From: Polyangiaceae bacterium
GTDB lineage: Bacteria > Myxococcota_A > Polyangia > Polyangiales > Polyangiaceae
Length of the DNA: 64,000 nt
Assembly (NCBI GenBank): GCA_050287085.1
Contig: JBNKBE010000001.1
Span: 96,001-160,000, forward strand
Direction: 5' to 3'
Shown here: piece after piece, positions 58,141-64,000 of the stretch
How the letters are laid out: every line of letters starts with the position of its first letter
Numbering within the stretch: position 1 is the stretch's first letter
Made by a program: the position numbers and the translations under genes
Notes under the pieces: model-generated
The model's input: the letters and a program-made list of their open reading frames with translations, nothing else
The model's database searches: none
Told to the model about the DNA's origin: nothing

Positions 58141-58716
58141 TCACGGCAGGGCGCCGCCCTCGATCCATGCCCGGACGGCCTCTTGCTGCTCGGGCGGAGC
58201 GGCGGCACCGAGGGGCATGGGAAGCCCCGTCGTCTGAAGTCCGGACATCTTGGTGAGGAGATAACTGCTCTCAGCCGTAGCGCCGACAAAAGCCATGCCG
58301 GGTACCTGGGTTGATGTCCCCGTGGTTAGAGCGGTGTGGCCGACCCCCATCGAAAGGTCGAGTTGCGATTGGTCGCTGCTCCCGTTAGGGCCACCAAACC
58401 CACCGGGAGAATGGCAACCGTTGACGCACGACGCGACGATGTAGGGCTCTACCGTCGCGGCGTAAGACGGACCGTCAACACCAGCGCCTGCCGCACCGGC
58501 GACCGAGTCCATGCCGGCGGCACCAGCACTTGGCTGCCCAGCAACGCCACCGTTCGGCATGGCACCACCCGCGGTCATGCCGCCGCCAGCCGTGCCCCCC
58601 GCGGCGCCTCCGGCGCCCCCCGCCGGGTCAATCGTCATATCAGCTGGCACTTCGTCGCCACAAGCAGATGCAAGAGTGAGCAGCACGAGAGATGTCATTA
58701 TGGAGCGAACAAGCAT
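58141..58716 (-). CDS. Lipoprotein with c-type cytochrome-like domain (CX3CH)
   Basis: Lipobox ASAC, G/A linker, CVNGCH, distal MP and VRAWIEGGA. Confidence 0.65.
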   Translation of the reverse strand: MLVRSIMTSLVLLTLASACGDEVPADMTIDPAGGAGGAAGGTAGGGMTAGGAMPNGGVAGQPSAGAAGMDSVAGAAGAGVDGPSYAATVEPYIVASCVNGCHSPGGFGGPNGSSDQSQLDLSMGVGHTALTTGTSTQVPGMAFVGATAESSYLLTKMSGLQTTGLPMPLGAAAPPEQQEAVRAWIEGGALP

Positions 58717-58945
58717 GAGTGAAGCAGGGTCCTTTCGTTGGGTAAGAGGACACTATCGTGCCATCTACCTCTGTCCGGAAGACCAAATCGTCCTCATCCA
58801 GGCAGTGGGCAAAAACTTCTAGCCTTGTCCAAACCGTGCAATCAAATGTGACACAGCGAAAACACGGCCGACGCCACTTTGTTGCCTTCAGACGCCCGAA
58901 GACGGCCCAAGACACAGCTGGGTGCACGAAGTGATCTGGATATTC

Positions 58946-60475
58946 CTAGTGAGATCCGCGTTTGAACGGATCCTTCAGCTGCCGACCCGAAATCGGCCGA
59001 ATCGCTCGACTCCGCACGGGCCGGGGGGATGGAGCGGCCTGCGGGCTTGAGCCTTCCGGCACAACGGACTCCGCGGCATCTGACGACAGCGGAGCTACCG
59101 GCTCGGTGCCTTCCGTTTGGGCCAGACCCGATCGGCGCACGAGGGTGACCGGAGGAAGCCGTTCATCGGTCGTGGGAGGCGGCGGCTCCAACACCAGCTC
59201 CGGCTCGCGGGGTCCTAGTGTGAACCACAATAGCGCCACCGCGGAGGCGGCAAGGGCTCCCCAGAAGAGCCTCGCCCCCACCCCGACCGTCATTGGCAAC
59301 CCCAATACTCGAGCCCCGGCGCCCCTCTTTCGTCGCAGCGTCGGCGCATTGGCCGCAGGATGCACCGATGCCGCCCAGGAGCCCGGCGCCGTACTCACGA
59401 ACGCGTCATTGGCCGAGAGGATGCGCAACCACTGAGCGCTCAGCGACGCCCCTGTCACATCTTCATGGACGCCCCGCGCGATGAGCCACTGGGAAAGAGC
59501 CATTCCGAGCTCGCGCACGCCGGACCAGCGCTTGTCCGGATCCTTCTCGAGCCCCCGCTTGAGCAGCAGCCACAACTCTTCATCGCCCCCGCCGAACGCG
59601 GTGATCGGAGGTGGGTCGTCGGCGATGATGGAGTACAGCAGAGCGTTGTAGTTCTTGCCTTCGAACGGAGGGCGCCCGGTCACCATTTCGAAGAGCACGA
59701 CGCAGACGGCCCAAACATCCGCCAGATGATCCACGTCGTCGCCGCGGGCTTGCTCTGGAGACATGTAGATCGGACTGCCCAACATGGCTCCCGTTTGCGT
59801 CAACCGGTGCGTAGCTTTGCCCCGATCCATCTTGGCAATGCCGAAGTCGACCAATTTCGGTTGCGTCCGTCCGTCTTCGGCACGCGAGAGGAAGATATTC
59901 TCGGGCTTGATGTCTCGATGAACGATGCCTTTTTGGTGCGCAGCAGCGAGCGCGTGCAGAATCGGAAGCACGAGAGCCACCGCCCTGGTCGCCACGATCC
60001 GCCCGCGGCGGCCTAGGGCCTGCGCCAGATCCTCCCCCTGCAGGAGCTCCATGACGATGAACGGATCGCCGCGGTCGCTGGTACCGAAGTCGAAGACTCG
60101 CGTGATCGCCGGATGTCCAAGCTGCGCCGCGGCTCGCGCCTCCTGCAGCAGGCGGTGTCCCAACTCGTGGCCATCCGGCGCGGCGGCTTCCTCCGCACGG
60201 ATGAGCTTCACCGCTACGTCGATCTCGAGCGTGCTGTTGTGAGCACGCCAGACGGCACCCATGCCGCCTTCGCCAAGCAGCTCCTGCAGTTGATACTTGT
60301 CCGCGATGGTTTCGCCTGGCCGATACGGCCGCTTCAAGGCCAGTCGCGGCGTCACCACCGTCGCCTTCAAACGAAGAGGCAGATCGCTCGGTGGAGCCTC
60401 GGACTTGGGATTTGGAGTTTCCACAGCCAACCCTTGTCCATGACGGTTGTGGGCACGCGTTGCAAAGTCGTTCAC
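58946..60475 (-). CDS. Hanks-type Ser/Thr protein kinase, membrane-anchored
   Basis: GEGGMG, VAVK, HRDIKPEN, DFG and YMSPEQ; TM helix; Pro-rich tail. Confidence 0.95.
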   Translation of the reverse strand: MNDFATRAHNRHGQGLAVETPNPKSEAPPSDLPLRLKATVVTPRLALKRPYRPGETIADKYQLQELLGEGGMGAVWRAHNSTLEIDVAVKLIRAEEAAAPDGHELGHRLLQEARAAAQLGHPAITRVFDFGTSDRGDPFIVMELLQGEDLAQALGRRGRIVATRAVALVLPILHALAAAHQKGIVHRDIKPENIFLSRAEDGRTQPKLVDFGIAKMDRGKATHRLTQTGAMLGSPIYMSPEQARGDDVDHLADVWAVCVVLFEMVTGRPPFEGKNYNALLYSIIADDPPPITAFGGGDEELWLLLKRGLEKDPDKRWSGVRELGMALSQWLIARGVHEDVTGASLSAQWLRILSANDAFVSTAPGSWAASVHPAANAPTLRRKRGAGARVLGLPMTVGVGARLFWGALAASAVALLWFTLGPREPELVLEPPPPTTDERLPPVTLVRRSGLAQTEGTEPVAPLSSDAAESVVPEGSSPQAAPSPRPVRSRAIRPISGRQLKDPFKRGSH

Positions 60476-60607
60476 CCGACAATTGGAAGTGCTTTCCCGA
60501 CACCGGGACTCTGGGCCAGCGCCGGGACCCGAAAATCGAGCAGCAGGGACAGAATGCTCTTCTCAAGCCGCAGCTGAACACTCAACACAGTACCAAAACT
60601 GGTCACG

Positions 60608-62719
60608 TCACTCCGGCAATAGAACAGCAGGGTAGGAGCTAGGCATACCAAAGGCCTGACCAAAAGACGCCATCACGGTGAACTCTGCGCTGTCGCGCTC
60701 ACGAAGCGGAAAGCCCAACGGGGTCGCTACATCTATCCGGAACACGTCGCGATCGATCTGAGGTGCCAAGAACCGCAACCCTGCGCCGCCACCATGGCGC
60801 CAGGTAAGTTTGTCGCTGCCCGAGTAGATGGAAGCCGCCAAGTCATGAAATACCGAAACGCCGAACAACACCGACCAAAGGCGCAGCGGACGGCTGCGCA
60901 GCTCATTGTTGATGGTGAGCACTCCGTCAGACCAGAACGAAGACGGCAGGAAGCCCCGCAGCCGTCCGACCCCGCCGCCAATGTAGTTGTTGTCAGACCC
61001 AACACTGTCGCCTCCAAGGGGAAGGGTCCGCTGCAGATAGCGTTGCGGCCGATGGGTGAGCTCGACATTGGAGACCCAGCGCCCAAGGAACCAATCAGGC
61101 GTCGCGCCGTGCAGCGCCATGCGCACTTCGACGTCGCTTTGCCCCGGAGTCGCCGCTTCCGTCTTCGCGGCCGCGAGGGCACGCACGACTCCTCCGCTCA
61201 ATAGCTTGGTGTAGCTGGCGCTTGCAAACACCCCCAGCATGTTGCGAGACGAAAGCGGACGGAAGGCTGGGTATACGCGGAGGAATACGTCGTGTCCCAC
61301 CTGTATGTCCTCTTGCAGCCCCAGCGTGTTGTAGTTGATAACGCGGTGGTAGGTCGTACTGAAGGCTCGCAGCTGCAGATAGGGGCTGATGCGCCTGTCC
61401 GTGGGGTAGGGCGCAGTCTGGTAGGCGGCATAGGCAAGACGAAACTGCGACTCTGTCACAGGCGGGAAGCGTAATGGTGGGACCGTGGGTGCCAGTTGGA
61501 GGCCGTCGAGCGCCCCCATCGAGACCCACCCCGTACCAGTACCTCTGCTGGCATAGTGCCGCGCCCGTGCTGGATCGAACTCCACCTCCGGACGTCCACT
61601 CGTTGCAAAGTCCAGCTCAGCACCGAGAGATAGATTCAGCTTCTGCACGGTTCCGTACGAACGAGTGACGTTGACCTGGCCCCGCAGCGACTCGGCGCGT
61701 AGTAGGTCCGGAAAAAGATAGGCTGTCTGCTGTCTGAACACCCCCGCAACGTTGCTCGGCGGCGCGCCACGCAGGCCACCATCGTAGATCTCGCTGCCCG
61801 GCACTAGCCAAGGCCGCTGTGACGTGGCCCCCCCTGAGCACACCCGACTGCTCCCGGGTGCCCGCTGGAGGATGCTGTACCAAGATGCCGCCGTCTGCCA
61901 CGACCACTTGGCAAGGGTGGAATACAGGGGCTGACCGTAGCGAAAGTAGCCGCTTCCCCCTTCGAGGGCACCCGAGCGGCAGTTGAAGATGCCGTTGGCC
62001 GACAGGAACGCCGCCACCCGACTACCCCCGACCCGAGGAACATAGTAGCGTCCCCCCAAACTGTAGGTGTTCTGTCCCAATGCGAGCACGGCAGCCACAG
62101 ACTGAGTAGTGCCCAGTAGGTTTCCCTCGGATGGCGCCAGCGTCAACGCCGTAAGGTGTCCATTTCGAAACTGAGGTTCCCAGCTGACGCGCAAGCTCCA
62201 CACGTCTTTGGTCACCACAAGCAAGTTCACTTCGCCCGGCCTATCGGAGCGCATCGGCACCACGAGGACGACGCTGAGCTGGGCGAATGCTCGCAGGTTG
62301 CGTTCGGTCTCCGCGGCCAGGCGCGAGGAATAGGGCTCCCCCGCACCCAGAAGTACCTCGCGCCGCACCACGTAGTCCTTCGTCGTGGTATGAAACCAAT
62401 TAAGGAAGGTGGGAGCTGGATCTCGTGGTTCAAAAACCTCGAGCCGAACGACTTGAATGCGGCCGATGATCTTACCCTCTGGCTCGGACTCGAGTTGCCC
62501 CCCCACCTGGCGAAGCGCGAGGGCCACCGATTCCGCCTCGTAAGGCGACCAACGCCGCACCGATGGCTGTCCCTGGGAGGAGGAACCCGCGTCCGCGTGC
62601 ACGGGTCCAGTACTCGCTAGTAGCGCCACACAGAGTGTGATGCCCGCTCGCCACCGCCCCTTTTGGGCTTCGAGCCTAGCGCGGAATGACCGCGTCCGTC
62701 TCACCGAAGACTCAAGCAT
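60608..62719 (-). CDS. Omp85/BamA-TamA-like outer-membrane protein
   Basis: Signal peptide, POTRA-like (VVRREVLL..G..Y..ETERNLR), LRGF lid motif, GAGLRF and FRIDVA. Confidence 0.75.
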   Translation of the reverse strand: MLESSVRRTRSFRARLEAQKGRWRAGITLCVALLASTGPVHADAGSSSQGQPSVRRWSPYEAESVALALRQVGGQLESEPEGKIIGRIQVVRLEVFEPRDPAPTFLNWFHTTTKDYVVRREVLLGAGEPYSSRLAAETERNLRAFAQLSVVLVVPMRSDRPGEVNLLVVTKDVWSLRVSWEPQFRNGHLTALTLAPSEGNLLGTTQSVAAVLALGQNTYSLGGRYYVPRVGGSRVAAFLSANGIFNCRSGALEGGSGYFRYGQPLYSTLAKWSWQTAASWYSILQRAPGSSRVCSGGATSQRPWLVPGSEIYDGGLRGAPPSNVAGVFRQQTAYLFPDLLRAESLRGQVNVTRSYGTVQKLNLSLGAELDFATSGRPEVEFDPARARHYASRGTGTGWVSMGALDGLQLAPTVPPLRFPPVTESQFRLAYAAYQTAPYPTDRRISPYLQLRAFSTTYHRVINYNTLGLQEDIQVGHDVFLRVYPAFRPLSSRNMLGVFASASYTKLLSGGVVRALAAAKTEAATPGQSDVEVRMALHGATPDWFLGRWVSNVELTHRPQRYLQRTLPLGGDSVGSDNNYIGGGVGRLRGFLPSSFWSDGVLTINNELRSRPLRLWSVLFGVSVFHDLAASIYSGSDKLTWRHGGGAGLRFLAPQIDRDVFRIDVATPLGFPLRERDSAEFTVMASFGQAFGMPSSYPAVLLPE

Positions 62720-64000
62720 CAGCGTTCATAGGTCTCGTAGACATAGTGCCGCGCGCGCCACCCGAAGATGAACGCGGCCCCTGCCATGAGCGCCGCAAAG
62801 ACCCAGAAAAACGACTCCCAGGAAAGCGACCGAAACCCGGCTAGAAACGCAACGAGCGTATTGCCCAAAGCGGCTGTGAAGAGCCACAATCCCATGATCA
62901 GCGACTTCATTCGTGGCGGTGCTTGGGTGTAGGCAAATTCGAGTCCCGTGACCGACACCATGACTTCGGCAAGTGTCAAAACTAGGAATGCGCCGAGTTG
63001 CCAAACGACGTGAACGTGTTCCCCTGAGTCGAGCCAGCGCTGAAGCATTGCAACGAAGACAAACGACAGAGCCGCCACGAACATGCCGAGCGTCATGCGC
63101 GTAAGTGGCGTCATGGACCGCCCCGTGGCTTTTTCCAGAGCGGGATAACCCACAAGCGTCATTGCCGGAATGAGAAGCATGACGAGGATTGGATTGACGG
63201 CTGATATCTGCTCGGGCAGCACCACAAAGTCGAAACCCAACACTACGAAGTGTCGATCCATACGCTTTGCCTGCTCGACCCAACTACTGGCGTATTGATC
63301 AAAGAGTGCCCAGAACACGCTGACCATCACGAACACAGAGCTGATCCGCAAGACGGCTCGCGCGTCGCGTACGGGGGACGCGCCTAGGCTGTCGACCGCC
63401 GTCTCCCAGAAGCCGCGTCCTGCTTGGCGTCCACCTCGCACCCGCGCCCACGTGGCGAAGAGCAGCACGGTGAGAAAGCCGTCGTCTAATGCGATTTTTT
63501 GCCTCACGGCGAACACCCATAGACCGAGTCCTACCAATCCCGAGCTGAGCACAATGCGCAGAGGCCAACCATAGCCTGAGTAGCCGGGCACCAGGTCCGC
63601 GCCGAACATGGGCAGTGCGACCGCAAGGAAGAAGAACGTACCGCATGCGACGTCCAACACCCCGAGCAACCCCCCCGGCTTTGGCGGAACGTGGACAAAC
63701 ACCCGACGTCCAAGCCAGAAGAATAGGGTCGCGATCCCCATCAAGACCCCCGGGACGGCAAACGCGATGCTCCAGCCGTAGGCCTCTTTGAGCCACGGCA
63801 CGAGCAGGCTGGAGAAGGTCGAGCCCAAGTTGATGATGAAGTAGAAGGCGCCGTAAACACTCGAGAGCCGATGCCAATTGCCCCGTCCAAATTGATCGCC
63901 CACGTGAGCGGAAACACACGGCTTGATCCCCCCCGCACCCAGCGCAATCAGAAACAATCCGGTCGCGAAGCCCTGGAAGTTTCCGTCAAACACGGCCAGA
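62719..64000 (-). CDS. POT/PTR family peptide:H+ symporter, partial (5' end outside the window)
   Basis: GGIKPCVSAHVGDQF, FYFIINLGS, FWALFDQ and GLEFAYTQAP. Confidence 0.93.
   Translation of the reverse strand, partial: LAVFDGNFQGFATGLFLIALGAGGIKPCVSAHVGDQFGRGNWHRLSSVYGAFYFIINLGSTFSSLLVPWLKEAYGWSIAFAVPGVLMGIATLFFWLGRRVFVHVPPKPGGLLGVLDVACGTFFFLAVALPMFGADLVPGYSGYGWPLRIVLSSGLVGLGLWVFAVRQKIALDDGFLTVLLFATWARVRGGRQAGRGFWETAVDSLGASPVRDARAVLRISSVFVMVSVFWALFDQYASSWVEQAKRMDRHFVVLGFDFVVLPEQISAVNPILVMLLIPAMTLVGYPALEKATGRSMTPLTRMTLGMFVAALSFVFVAMLQRWLDSGEHVHVVWQLGAFLVLTLAEVMVSVTGLEFAYTQAPPRMKSLIMGLWLFTAALGNTLVAFLAGFRSLSWESFFWVFAALMAGAAFIFGWRARHYVYETYER

Noticed and set aside
58844..58864. CRP/FNR-like site AAATGTGA...
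   Set aside because: Only one half-site; the second half does not match TCACA

Overview
GC-rich bacterial chromosomal segment. Gene content suggests Myxococcota, probably Polyangiales/Sorangium-like (inference from a Hanks-type Ser/Thr kinase, Cys-rich repeat lipoproteins and G/A-rich linker lipoproteins). It holds about 50 CDS, mostly housekeeping or metabolic: class I fumarase, glgB, glgX, two GH130 mannoside phosphorylases, sahR-ahcY, fbaA, fabF, pyrD, trpS and map. I recognised no rRNA, tRNA, CRISPR array, transposase or integrase. The most notable observations are: (1) a stand-alone protein of two tandem PARP1-type zinc fingers; (2) a DUF2760 (GrpE-like)/atypical Hsp70/Hsp70-DUF3731 module translationally coupled to a HAD phosphatase and a U32 Fe-S protein; (3) a pentapeptide-repeat/K+-channel fusion coupled to an HDOD protein; (4) a Cys-rich repeat lipoprotein ending in a CBM3-like domain; (5) a ~100-bp intergenic element present twice in circularly permuted order; (6) a DnaA-box cluster and a 5x13-mer array flanking one small gene; (7) candidate operators for SahR and an HTH-only LysR protein. 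All family calls come from recognising motifs by eye; no database search was run.
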